Assembly: GCF_018977255.1 (NCBI RefSeq)
Contig: NW_024704742.1
Coordinates: 97,528,001-97,592,000 of the forward strand
Length of the DNA stretch: 64,000 bases
Origin: Callorhinchus milii
Taxonomy: Eukaryota
Direction: 5' to 3'
Shown one piece after another: positions 13,251 to 25,413 of the stretch. The notes beneath the pieces are model-generated. The model worked only from the letters and a program-made list of their open reading frames with translations. It was not told the origin of the DNA and searched no databases. A program made the position numbers and the translations under genes. Every line of letters starts with the position of its first letter. The stretch's first letter is position 1.

Positions 13251-13527
13251 CACACAACAAATATATACAATACACAACAAGTGATATTTTATGGCCTGCA
13301 GCACTTTTGAACAAGATGTAAGAAAATGTTTGTCATCTGATGCTTGTACAAACTCTCTAAGTTCATCGCAATTTTTCTTTTTGCTTTTAATTTATATGTT
13401 TAGTTTTGCTAAAGCCAAAGTCCAATGTAGTATGCCATGCAGATCAGAAAATTGTAGGTTTGACTCCTCGTCTGTACTTCTCTCAGTTCAACATAGGTAT
13501 CAACACTAATGCATTATTTTTCCACAG

Positions 13528-13560
13528 CGGTGCAGCTTCAGTGCACCTGGAACAGGGAAG
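13528..13560 (+). CDS. Candidate 33-nt internal exon of host gene (xGAASVHLEQGx or RCSFSAPGTGK)
   Basis: Branch-point-like cactaat at 13504, tttttccacag acceptor, aag|gtaaga donor, open in all three frames. Confidence 0.65.
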
Positions 13561-13969
13561 GTAAGAGTCTCTTCCAGTGACTCCTATTAGAAAATGTAAA
13601 TATGCGATTGGGTCTGACTGTCTAAACTTATACATGACAAATGGTCACCTTAGTGATGTAATGATGGACATCAGCATCACTGCAATAATCTTCATCACTT
13701 GAGTTATTATGAACCTGATTATAGGAGAGTTGTAAATGCCACCTTGGCTTTTTAATAATAGCAATTTGAATTCTGTCTCAGATTACTGAACAGTGAAGGA
13801 GTTTGACTCTGAACCGGGGAAAAAGTGGAGGTAATCATAGGTACAGTAGAAGAGGAAAAGTGGGTTTGAAGATGATTAAACAAATTGCTTTTACAAAACA
13901 CTTTTCACATAGGAAGGACGTCCCAAAACACTGGACATTGAGGGTTTGCACCTGAGCTGAGGTCCGTCA

Positions 13970-14640
13970 ATACCTCTCCCCAAAAGCTGCTGAAACTCTG
14001 GTCTATGCCTTTGTCGCCTCTCGACTGGACTATTAAAATGCCCTCTCGCCAGTCTCCCCTCCACTACCATCCATAAAATCCAACTCATTCAGACCTCTGT
14101 CGCCCGCATTCTCACCCGCCCGAAACTCCACTCCCCGATCACCCCAGTCCTTGCCAGACTGCACTGACTCCCTATCCAAGAGAGGATCGATTTCAAGATC
14201 CTCACCCTCGTATTCAAGTCCCTGCACTCCTCTGCAACCCCCCTACCTCTCTGACCTCTCTCCTCAGCACAGTACCCGTTGCCTTTGTTCCTCCGGATCT
14301 GGCCTCCTCCTCGTCCCCCGAGGCCTCCGCTCCACCCTCGGCAGCCGTGCCTTCAGCCACTATGCCACGAGGCTCTGGAACAAATCGCACTTTTCCTCTT
14401 CCACTATACCTGTGATTACCTCCCCTTTCTCCCCGGTTCAGAGTCAAACTCCTTCACTGTTCATTCCCTTCGTCTCGCTCCCTCCCTTCCCATTTTTAGG
14501 TCTCTGCTGAAGACCTTTCTTTTTGACCGTGCCTTTGGTCATCTTCCTCCCCCTCCCCCTGGCTCGGTCCCAGTATCCTAAACTGTAAAGCACTCTGAGA
14601 CGCCATCCGGCGTGGCGGGCACAAAATATAGCCAAGTTGT
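13970..14640 (+). mobile_element. L2 LINE 3' fragment (tail type B)
   Basis: Reverse-complement homolog of 908-1543; ends ctctgagacgccatccggcgtgg...ccaagttgt. Confidence 0.85.
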
Positions 14641-14649
14641 TTCGATTCT

Positions 14650-15030
14650 TCAAGGGTGGGGAAAGGAAGATAACTGAAGGCATGGTCAAAGAGGAATGTT
14701 TTGAGACAGACCTTGAAGGAGGCAAGGGAAGGGGCGAGATGAAGGGACTTGGGGTTGGAGCTCCAGAAAATGGAGGCAGAAAGGCTGAAGGGCCCAACCT
14801 CCAATGGTGGGGCAGATAGGGCAGGGGATGTGAAGCTGATCAGTGCCTGCCAAGTGGAGGGAGCGTGCGGGTTGGTAGGGTTTTAGAAGGTCTTAGAGGT
14901 AGCGTGGACAAGACAATGTAAGGTTTTAAATATGAGGATCTTGAACTCAATTCTCTGGGGGATTGGTAGCCAGGCTCGGATAAAGAGGGGGTAAGGTGGA
15001 GGGATTGAGGCAGAGGCTTGGGGACCCAAG
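14650..15030 (-). mobile_element. Older L2 3' fragment
   Basis: SLHLAPSLASFKVCLKTFLFDHAF motif of the L2 ORF2 C-terminus. Confidence 0.7.
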
Positions 15031-15987
15031 TGTGCATGTAGAGGTACTGCTGGAGTTTAACCCACTAAAACTGCTTAGTTTGCCATTGAGAGCAATGTCG
15101 AGAAAGCTTCCAACTGCTTATCCAGTTAGGACCACCTTACCCATAGTCTTAGGCTTGCAGGATTAATAAAAACTGAGTGGGTAGATTTTATATAGCTATG
15201 GAAGGAACAGGCTTGATAGGCTGACTGGCCCTTTCTCATGTTTTCGTATGGTCTTTAGGATACAAAATAGCATTTTATGAAATAATACATAATCATAAAG
15301 TCTACTACAGGGTGTCACTATTTTGCTTTATTGCCATAATCTCTAAAATAAGCATAAAGACATTAACTGCCTATCTTTAGATGGTTGTTCGTATGAAACA
15401 TACATGCTATACAAGAACAGATTGTTATGTTACATATGCTAAGCTTAATTTTGGATTTTTAAACGACTGTAAAGTCCTTATATAATTAACCTCTGTACAG
15501 CTAATTTTCAGATGAACCTTTTCAAGCAGACACATACCTTGTTTTTTGATTGGCAGGCCCACAACCCTCACTCTGCCCACTTTCTCAGATCTTCTGAATT
15601 GCAAAGGGTAATAAACAAAATACATATAAATACAGAATTGTCACTGTTTTGTGTCCTTGTCTGGGTTCAGCTTATCGAATGCTCATTGTAGCCCTCTTGC
15701 TACAGCCCTCAACTGTTACCAATATCAGCTGCCTCAAGAGCAGGGATGGGCAATTATTTTGGCTGGCGGGCCACTTCATGAGTTTTGGTAAGCTTTGCGG
15801 GCCACACGCTTAATATAGATGCAAATGCTTAATAATAGCTCAAAATCAAGTCTTGCACTTGTACATGTATAAAATAAAGTCTATATAATTGACATTCATT
15901 AGGTTAAATAAAAACAACTCATTGAGCAGATATTTATTTGATATTTATTCATTCATTCACATATTGATAAGAATGTGAGAAGCTCAC

Positions 15988-18095
15988 TCAATGGAAAGAA
16001 TGAAAGTGCTGATGTGCGTTAACCAGACAATTGACGTCAGGCATCGTCGCCATTGTTGCAATGCGGAGTACTGCTGCAAGGTGATCATCAGTCATCACAG
16101 ATCTAAGTTTTGATTTATTGAACTTCATCACAGAAAATGTCTCCTTGCATATGTATGTTGATCCAAACAGCACAACCATCCTCCGAGCATGAGCCTTTAT
16201 TTTTGGAAAGGTATATTCATTAAGAGAGGCGTAAAAACTGGAAAGCGGCACTGATTTGAATTGCTCCGCAAGCAATGGATCACATTGCAGGTCAATAAGC
16301 TTGAGTTGGAAGTCAAATGGGGCATTGTCAACATCAAATGAGAAAGGTGAAGAGACCAAAGACAGGTCCTTTTTGATCAAATTGAAATCCTGGAATCGGC
16401 AAGAAAATTCTGCATGTAAGTGATGAAGTATACTTTTTAAGGCTTTGATCGCAAACAGTAATCTGCTGCAAAGTTGGAAAGTGGGCAAACAGCCTGTTTC
16501 CTATCTGACGTGATAAAATAAATAATTTTGTCATAAATGACTTGACACTGCAATACAAATTGCGCACAAAGGCACCCTTTGCAGTTTTGAATTCAGTTAA
16601 TTCATGTGGCCCATGATATCAATGGCAAATGCAAAATCAGAGCACCAATTCGCAACATTCAGCTGTGGGAAATCCAAATCTTCTTGTTTCATACCCCAAA
16701 ATAAATCAGTCTCTGTTCTCAATTCCCACACTCTTCAAGACCTTTCCTAAACGAAGCCATTTTATGTTCGTGTGATACAGAACATCCGTGTCCTCGGATT
16801 CCCAATTCCTCAAGCAGAGTTGCAAATTGCCTGTGGTTTAATCCTCTTGCTTTTATGTAGTTGACCACTTTCGTAACCGTGTACACGACATTGCTTAGTT
16901 TTAGAACACTCTTACAGAGAACCTCTTGGTGGATAATGCAGTGTAGAAAAACAATATTCTGTTCTGGATTTGTTTCTTTGACTTGATCTTGAATTCTTTT
17001 CAGTAACCCAACATTTTTGCCTGTCAGATTTGGGCTTCCATTGGTGGTCACATTCACCAATTTTTTCCACTCCACTCCTAATTTTAAGATACACTTATTT
17101 ACTGTCTCCAAAAAGTCTTCTCCAGTTGCCTTCTTTCATTAACTGTATTGATGCCAATTCTTCTGTGAGCTCAAAATGTGTGGTGATACCTTGAATAAAA
17201 ATTATCAACTGGACTGTGTCTTTGACATCACAACTCTCATCGAGTGCTAGTGAAAAACATGTAAAATTGCTTACTTTATTTTTTAATCGCAGATACAGGT
17301 TCTCAGAGATATCCTCGACACATCTCACAATAGTCTGCCTTGAGTTAATACTTGTGGAGTCCTGTAGCTCAGTGGTTAGAGCACTCGCCTTAAAAGCGAG
17401 ACACCTGGGTCCAATTCCAGGCAGGGCGAAACCTTGGGCAAGTTTCCTTACTCTACACGCCTAATGATAATCCCTCCAAAAAACAAAGCAATAATAAATT
17501 GGTCATTTTCAATCCATGACTGTTGTGGGACACTGCTGTGTGCAATTGGCTGCCGCATTTTGCCCACAAATATACGGTCAATTCACTTTACAGTATATTC
17601 TATGAAGTGCTTTGAGACGTCTAGAAGATGTGAAAAAGCGCTATATCAAATGCAAGGATTATTATTATATTATAATGTTCTCGATCTGGTTTTTCTTGTC
17701 TGAGCGTAAAATTGAGGCAGGGTCAACCATACATTCTTTTATAAATTCTCCTTCAGAGAATGGTTTGCTGTTCTTGGAGATTTTGTGCGCAATCACGTAA
17801 CTCACTCTTGTAATCTCATCCTGGGACACAAATTGTTTTGTGAAAATGTTTTGCTCTTTTTGCATTCAAACAACCATCTCATCAGCTTTCTTTCCTTTAT
17901 CTTTGACAGAAACATTCTTATATTTGCAACCATGTTTGTTCTCAAAATGGCAATTCAAGTTGAGCACTGTCACACTTTCTTTGCAGATTAAGCACACAGC
18001 TTTTCCACCCACAATGGTAAAAAAAATTTAGAAGTCCTTTCTTTGTTGACTATTCGGCTTTCAGCGTCCACTTTCCACTTCTTCAATAAACTCAT
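15988..18095 (-). pseudogene. Frameshifted hAT transposase, interrupted by a SINE
   Basis: MSLLKKxKVDAE start, AVCLIC, KPFSEGEFIKECM, FSLALDES, HCIIHQE, RGLNHRQF and FGSTYICxxTFSVMK (dimerisation) motifs spread across several frames. Confidence 0.92.
17354..17673 (+). mobile_element. tRNA-derived SINE (short form) inserted in the hAT transposase
   Basis: A-box tagctcagtgg, B-box-like ggtccaattcc, conserved body, L2-like tail and (att)n. Confidence 0.93.
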
Positions 18096-20215
18096 TTTGA
18101 ATTAACGTCCTCTTCAGTGAAAAGTACTGCCGCGGTTTCTGCGTGCGCATGTTTGAAAATATGCCAGACGTCAGCCTGATTCAACACTTGCAGGAGGGAG
18201 TGTGCACACAACTAAAAAGCAATGTTCCTGGTCTGATTCAAATACGAAATTTGTGCAACTTTCTGGGACTGAATGAACTATAATTTTTTCTATTGCTAGA
18301 CACAATGACGGGCTGGATACAGTCATTTGGTGGGCCGGATATGGCCTGCAGGCCATACTTTGCCCACCCTTGTGCTAAAGTCACAACTCTCAAGACCGTG
18401 TACCATATGCTGATTTCTCACAGGTATGAACCATAAACCTAGGCTGGCACAGAGCAGACAATTCACAAACCAGGATTTTCTATCACCGTTTCCATCATTA
18501 AGAAGGTGAAAATATTCATAATCTCTATGTTTGATTATAATCATTTATATTAACAAATGACTAAAGATAATATATATATATATATACCACAGAACTAAAT
18601 GAAAGATGAAAAAGAGTCAAAATGAAGTGCAAGATTGCCAGGAATTTCAAAGATGGTTTTAATGACAGATTATCTCAAAACCGCAGGCTTTCTTTGCCAC
18701 AGGCATTTTTTTTTTGCCACTGAAGTTGCTCTATCTCTTACTCTTACAATTATTTTGATTTATGAAAGACACAAAACATAACATGTCAACACAAAATATA
18801 GAAAATCATTCCATATATTTTTATGGAAACTTTCCCTGAATGTGAATGGAACAATTTGGGAAGAGAAACTTGATATAATTTTAGGTCTGCACATTGGCTT
18901 TTGCCAAACTAAGAACACAGAGCCCTTTTGTGAAAACCAGAAATCAGTGCAATACCATTAATCCTTAGAATAGTGTTGGAGTTCGTCATGTATATTTCTT
19001 TCAACACTTACGTTTTTATTTTGGTTTTAAAGATTTCACAATCTTTCAGGGAACAGAAAAGAATACTCCTTTCATATAAATTTGGTACCTTTTTCACAAC
19101 TAATGTCCAGGCCAAAGAACACACTAGAGCAAAATTGGAACTGTACACATTTGCCTACAAATACACAGTGGTTACGCTTCACAGTATAATCCTGTGAAAC
19201 TCATTGAGATGATTCAATGGTATGATGTTTCATGACATAATGTAGCCATTAGGGTTAAAAAAAGATTCTTTAAAAAGTAGATATTATGTTTAACATAAGG
19301 CTTGACCAAGTGGAATCAAACGAGAAATACTGTATTTTTGTTTACTCTTTACTTTCAAAAAATCTCTGCTTGTACTCGGGTACAGTTGAATGGGTGCTGG
19401 CAGCCCCTCCAATACCTCATTCTAAGTGACTATTTGTGCGCAAGTCTAGACAGTGTTGGCAGACTATTACAGAATGGAAAGCCTCATACACAATTCTTGC
19501 TTTACACATTGGGTTTGCAAATACACTCCTCTTGAAGCAGTAACTGGCACAAAAGTGTTTTGAGATGTATACTACATTTTCTGAAGGGTAGTCCCTGTGG
19601 TTATGCCAAATTGCCAGAGAGTGCCTGTGTTGGGTTCTGAGTAATGAACAGAATATTATTATATAGCTTATAATATTATAAGAATATTCTTATACATCTT
19701 ATTCTTTATAGCCTTCCTTTAAATAAGGAGCCTTGAGCAGTGGAATCAAAGACACTCAACAACTTATGTTTGAAGATCTCTTTACTTAATATGAAATGCA
19801 AAGTTTGTTAGTTCAAAATATCACAATACAACAGACAAGTCAATAGCGTAGACAAATGTCTATCAAAGTAAATTAACCAATAATTGCTTAGTCCATACAT
19901 CATTAAAAAGTTGCTTCTTTGGTGGAGTCAGTTGATAGAAGTCCCGATCAACAGGCAAAAGTCTTGTATTAATGGAAAGTCTCTTGATTCAGACCCGAAA
20001 CCTCTTGCTTGGGTATTTTGATGACAAAGTCAAAGTTGATAATGGACAGCTGAGCTGTGTACTTTATTCGACAGTTGTTATATGTTGTTAATATTTTCGA
20101 CAGTTGTTATACATTGTTCTTCTTCCATTAAGTTTAAAATGATTTCAGAAGTTCTGGAACTTCTGCAGTCTTCCTTCCCGAAATTGCTGGAGTTAATGAA
20201 AGTCGCTGAAATATT

Positions 20216-20534
20216 AATAAATAATAATAATCCTTGCATTTGATATAGCGCGTTTCACGTCTTCTAGACGTCTCAAAGCTCTTCACAGAATATACTGTAA
20301 AGTGAATTGACTGTATATTTGTGGGTGAAACGTGGCAGCCAATTGCACACAGCAGGGTCCCACAAAAAGTCATGGATTGAAGTCACCAAATTATTATTGT
20401 TTCTGCTTCTTGAAGGATTATCATCAGGCGTGTGAAGTAAGGAAATTTGGCCAAGGCTTCGCCCCGCCAGGAATCGAACCCAGGTCTCTCGCTTGTGAGG
20501 CGAGTGCTCTAACCACTGGGCTACAGGACTCCAC
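20216..20534 (-). mobile_element. tRNA-derived SINE (short form)
   Basis: Reverse-complement homolog of 17354-17673. Confidence 0.93.
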
Positions 20535-20589
20535 ATCTATTATTGATGTGCGAGCCTATCAGAGGCCTAGTGAGTGTGTCACAGTACTA

Positions 20590-20815
20590 AGCTCAAACCT
20601 ATTCTCACCCAACACCTTAACACAAGCACTTCCAGTAAGGGGTGGGAGGGGGGGTGGCGGTGAGAGGGATCTGAAGCAGTAATCTGTCTAATTTTCCCTT
20701 CTCTAAACTGAGACACTGGGGTCAACTGTGATATTCCAGTTGAGATCAATTAACTGAACAAAGGGATTGTACCTTGACTCTTCCTGGCCTGTATGCTCGG
20801 TTACCTTGGATATGC
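20590..20815 (-). mobile_element. Ancient SINE-like repeat remnant (same family as 60455-60780)
   Basis: Reverse complement aligns with 60460-60560 (cagttaattgatct / cagttagctgatct ... gaaaattag / gaaattag). Confidence 0.5.
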
Positions 20816-21077
20816 TTCATGAGACACTGAGTTCCTCAATGTGTCGTGCTTAATGCTATCGGGGCCTATTAATTGTGTTATGTTTATATTGTTATTTCCT
20901 ATTATAGATACATAATGAGAAGGTTACTGTTTAATGGCAAAACAACCAGTGGTTGGGATCTCAAATTTAGAATGGAAGTGATAGAATAGATAGTTCAGAA
21001 TTAACTAATTTACACAGAAGTGGTAGAATATGTTAGAATTTACACTTTTTGTATACTGCTAGAATCATAATAGATGT

Positions 21078-22084
21078 TGTGAATGGGTTAACGTTTAAGT
21101 TAAGTGTGGGGGACAACTGGACTTACAGTCATGGGATAGGAAACATCTGGTTTTCTCTGTTTTTGAAAGAATAACAGACAGGGGCAGGGGGTCACCTCTT
21201 ATCAGTAAATGACAACAAGCCCATAGAGGTAACGGTCCAAGGTACCGGTTGACACAGGATCTCGACTGAGCAATAAGTCGCTAGATTCTGACAGGGCCTG
21301 CCAAGCGACAGAAGGCAACCCTCAAGAATAGCAACTAATGAGCAAGTTGCTTAAACTAGAGGACCTTGGTACCATCCCGGGATACTGATAAGAAGTAACC
21401 AGTCACTTAAAAGGAATGATCCCACACCACAAAATAATGAGCACCAGATACAGTACCAAACTGATCAATCCTCTATCTTAGACAATTAGATCAGATAACA
21501 GGGGTCTTAAGGACAATGTGTATGTGTGCTGAGGCACGTACACCCCATGAGGTGCTCACGTGAACCCAGCATGATTTTGACCGGGTAATCTAACGTCCGC
21601 ACCATGATTGGATGAACATTGGTATAAGATTTCCGTTAACTTTGTGTACGGTGCCGTCTCGGGTCGTGGAGACAAGGATACGGGAGATGGGGCCGTCCCG
21701 GGCTGCGGAGACAAGGATACGGGAGATGGGGCCGTCCCGTGTCGCGGAGACAAGGATACAGGAGATGGAGCCATCCCGGGCTGCGGAGACAAGGGTACGG
21801 AGATGGAAGACTGAGAGCTAGAAACACTAAGACTGAGGATATCAGATGGAAGATTGAAAGCTGTAAGCAAGAAGACTGAAAGCATGAAGAATCAAGCTTG
21901 TGTGCTGTAAAGACACAGTGTTGAACTCTTGATCTCAAGATATCTATAGTGGTGTTATTCTGTTATAAGATCTGTTGATTGTACCGGCCTTTGGTCTGAC
22001 CCATCGTGATATTGGGGAATAACGAACGAATAATAATAAAGCAGTCTGATATCTGGTTAAAGGAATTAGCGTTATTTCCTTACA
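21078..22084 (+). mobile_element. Solo LTR (~1.0 kb, ERV/LTR-retrotransposon type)
   Basis: TGTGA...TTACA termini, flanks gatgt/gattt (5-bp TSD with 1 mismatch), TATA-like tataaga ~21623, AATAAA at 22035. Confidence 0.75.
21654..21808 (+). repeat. 39-bp CpG-rich minisatellite, ~4 copies, inside the LTR
   Basis: Unit gccgtcccgggctgcggagacaaggatacgggagatggg repeated head to tail. Confidence 0.95.
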
Positions 22085-23264
22085 GATTTGGCTGATTTTA
22101 TTTTCTTACAAATAGATCGTTCAGAATTAACTAATTTACACAAATGATGGAACAGTCCAAGTCTTTAATCCAAAGACAACACAGTGGCTTCACCACTTTG
22201 TATCATAATATGAAAGATGTTTAATGTGTGGATGGCATCTGATATGCTGTGTCCTAGGCTAAACAAATTATAGTTCAACCATATATCTTTTATAATCGTT
22301 TTTTCACAGTTAGTATGAGAATGCAAAATCTTTCCATTATTATGTCCTTGAAGCAATTATTTCACACCTGCTGAGCTATTATTGCTAGTGTTTTAGAAAA
22401 ACATCTTACTCAACTATAATCTGCAGAATTGTTATAAAACTTGATTTGTTATAGAGAACATCTTTGACAAACTTCAGCTGTGATAAATATGTCATCTTGA
22501 CATTTTTCTAATCTACATAAGCATTTTTAACTAAATGAAATAATACAGTGCTTTCAACTACATAGTGCTTTCATGCTACATGGTTAACATATATTAACAA
22601 TTTCAATAATGAAAACTGAAAAAATTGTGGGATCACAATTTGTGGGGAGCAATGGGGCGCTTTTATTGTATAACTTGCTCTCTATTCCATTTTTAGCTGT
22701 GGCTGCGTTAAGTAATTTAGATCTGCAGATTTCCTAACACAAGTCCACCAAAATTACTGAGGCAAGGAGTGCCTGAAAAAGCATTCTACTTCCTGTAGTC
22801 TCATGAAACAAGCTACTGTGAGGGGAACATAGTATACTACTGTGAGGTGCATCATTATAGTGTTCTTAGAATGCAGAGCGGTCCAACCTTTTGACTGCTG
22901 AGGGCTGCCCTATTTGAGAAATGTCCGTGGGCTACAAAAGCAATATTTTTGTGTTTTCCTTCCAGAAACATAACATAGTATTTACAGGTTATGGAAGGAG
23001 CAGTTACTTTTCCTAGAGTTATCATTAGCCACTTGTGTTTGACAATGTAGCTTTTTCAAATTACATCAAGAACCTTTTGGGCCCAGGGCACAGATTATTG
23101 ACCCACTCTTGCTTTTGCCAACTATAGTTACTCAGAGTACCCCTTTCCCAATCCATTCCATTCAGGAGCCATCCAGACCCGTTTTCATAACTCAGTGAAA
23201 TTAATATCACAAGATCGCAAGACTTGTTTGGATGAAGAAGGCCCTTCGGCCAATTTGATCTCAT

Positions 23265-23790
23265 AGAACCATAGAAATTTATGAAACAGAAGAAGGACAT
23301 TTGGCCCCTTGTGTCTCTCTCAAGCGCAATCCTTTCAGTCTCACTTACCTGCTCTTTTGTCATACCCCTTTTGGCTGAATCTTTTTAAGGTATCTGTCTA
23401 GTTCACTCTTGATGGCTAATATGGATTTTGCCCTGGCAGGGCATTCTATATCTTAACTACTCTGTGCGAAAAAAAATTCTCCTTATCTCCCCATTTGTTT
23501 AAATTGATACCCTGCACTCCACCAACCAGTGCATACTTCCAGGATACCCACCCTCCCATCACAGTATCAAACTGCTTTTCAAATAAATCCAATATTCTGG
23601 CCTCAACCACCCTTCCTGGCACCTTTTTCTACTTTTTAATTACCCTCAGAGTAAAAAAAAGCTTTCTTGTATCTATCCTGAAATTATCCTTTGCAATTCC
23701 AACCTATGTCTTCTTGTTCTACTTTTTGGTGTATCCTAAACTATTGCTCTACATTGGAGGATTTTCATAACTTTCACATGTTTAATTTAT
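23265..23790 (-). mobile_element. Old CR1 3'-end remnants
   Basis: catagaa tail-like start and similarity to 30650-31140 (ctggcctcaacca...attaccctc). Confidence 0.55.
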
Positions 23791-24387
23791 AGAATGTATG
23801 TATCGCCTTTGGCCAAATTGAAAATAATATTTTAACAGTTTTCATCTGCAGCTTTCAAAGACAAAGTCTTGTTTCAAAGAGGTGACCATGTAAAATATCA
23901 GATAATTGGCCATAAATTTCAAGTCTTTAGTATACAGCTGCAGGCTACCTTCAGTAAGATGTTGTAAGGTTAGGAACAACTCTATTAAACAACAGGCCAC
24001 GCTGAGATGCCAGCATGTGTCAGTCCACTTGGCAGCACTATTTATTCAAATCCTAAACCAGGCGGACTGATAATCTTGGCTCAAGCTCAACTGCCGCATT
24101 ATTGAAAATTCTGTGCTTTGCATGAGCGATCAAACAAAGGTTCCTGTCTGCAATCCAAGTCTCATCTGCCTATTCCTCAATTTGTATAGATTTTAAAAAT
24201 TCAATGGTAATATTTTGATGAGAAATCTTGGTCTACCAGTTAATATTCCTGACCTTACCAAAATTCACCAAACAGATAAATTGTTCATTGATTATCAATG
24301 TTGTTAGCGCAATGATGCTTTTGCATCTTAAAATATGCTTTGAAATTCCCCAATCTCCTTCCCCAATTTTATATTAGAATAATAATC

Positions 24388-24587
24388 TTTTGCCCACAAA
24401 TATACGGTCAATTAACTTTACAGTCTGTGAAGCTCTTTGAGACGTCGAGAAGACGTGAAAAGCACCATAACAAATGCAAGGTTTATTATTATTATTGATA
24501 TAGTAGCTTGTCATGTCTTTGAGATGTCTCAAAGCGCTTCACAGAATATACTGTAAAGTGAATTGACTGTATATTTTGTGGGCGAAT
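24388..24587. repeat. Two SINE 3' halves tail-to-tail forming an inverted repeat
   Basis: gcccacaaatatacggtcaatt...(att)n followed immediately by the reverse-complement ...aattgactgtatattttgtgggcgaa. Confidence 0.85.
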
Positions 24588-24743
24588 TTGGGTTTGTTGC
24601 TGCCCCAAAGCACTATAAGGTGTAGTGACTGTGAGTTTTGTGTTTGAACGCTTGAAAAAGTAATGATAATTATTGATTTGGCACTTCAACAACAAGCACT
24701 AAAATTTTACACAAGTGTGTGTGGGAGGAAGGGAGATGGAGAA

Positions 24744-25142
24744 CAACAACACAATTACATTTATAGAGCGCCTTTCACGTCGGGAGGATTTCCCAAAGCG
24801 CTGAACAGCCAGATGTCGCGGCCCGAGCATGGGGGAGGGGTGGTGTAGGGGTGAGGGAAGGCAGAGAGGTGGGAGGGAGACCAAAGCCACGATCAAAGAG
24901 AAGGGTCTTGAGACTGGCCTTGAAGGAGGCAAGGGAGGAAGCGAAGCGAAGGGACTATGGGATGGAATACCAGAGTGTAGGGGCAGAGAGGCTGAAAGCC
25001 CGGCCACCGATGACAGGGTGGGTCGGGCGGGAGACATGGAACAGGCCGGAGCCTGATGAACGGAGGGAGCGGGCAGGTTGGTAGGGAGTCAGCAGGTCAG
25101 AGAGGTAGGCGGAGCAAGGCCATGGATGGCCTTAAAGGTGAG
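24744..25142 (-). mobile_element. L2 3' fragment (tail type A)
   Basis: Close reverse-complement homolog of ~28740-29141. Confidence 0.9.
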
Positions 25143-25413
25143 GCGAAAGAAAGACAGATTTCTATTCGAAAGGTGGACATCTGTTGGCTGGCAACAGATG
25201 ACACATGTTCCAAAACTAGATGAGTGCAAATCCAGCGCCCTAAAAGTAACTAAGGTTACTTCACATTGGACACTCAGTTTTGAGGAATTGAGTTGTAAAA
25301 CAGTTTTATCACCCTTATATGTACATCAACAGTATGGCTCCCTCTCATTCAAAGTGTACTGGGAGGCCTCGGTGTTCAATCCTCACTAATGATTGCAAGT
25401 CCCTATAACTAGG

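Larger units (their letters stand above)
15741..18372 (-). mobile_element. hAT DNA transposon (Charlie/GTF2IRD2/EPM2AIP1-like), full length, decayed
   Basis: Imperfect TIRs cagggatgggcaa (15741) and ttgcccacccttg (18360-18372) with ggccc/gggcc subterminal motifs; internal transposase. Confidence 0.93.

Noticed and set aside
15733..18380. 8-bp TSD for the hAT element
   Set aside because: The flanks ctcaagag and tgctaaag do not match, so no TSD is claimed.
21654..21808. 39-bp repeat as a CRISPR array or repeat-protein gene
   Set aside because: Units are contiguous with no unique spacers, there are no cas genes, the context is a eukaryotic LTR, and the open frames are a by-product of the 39-bp period.
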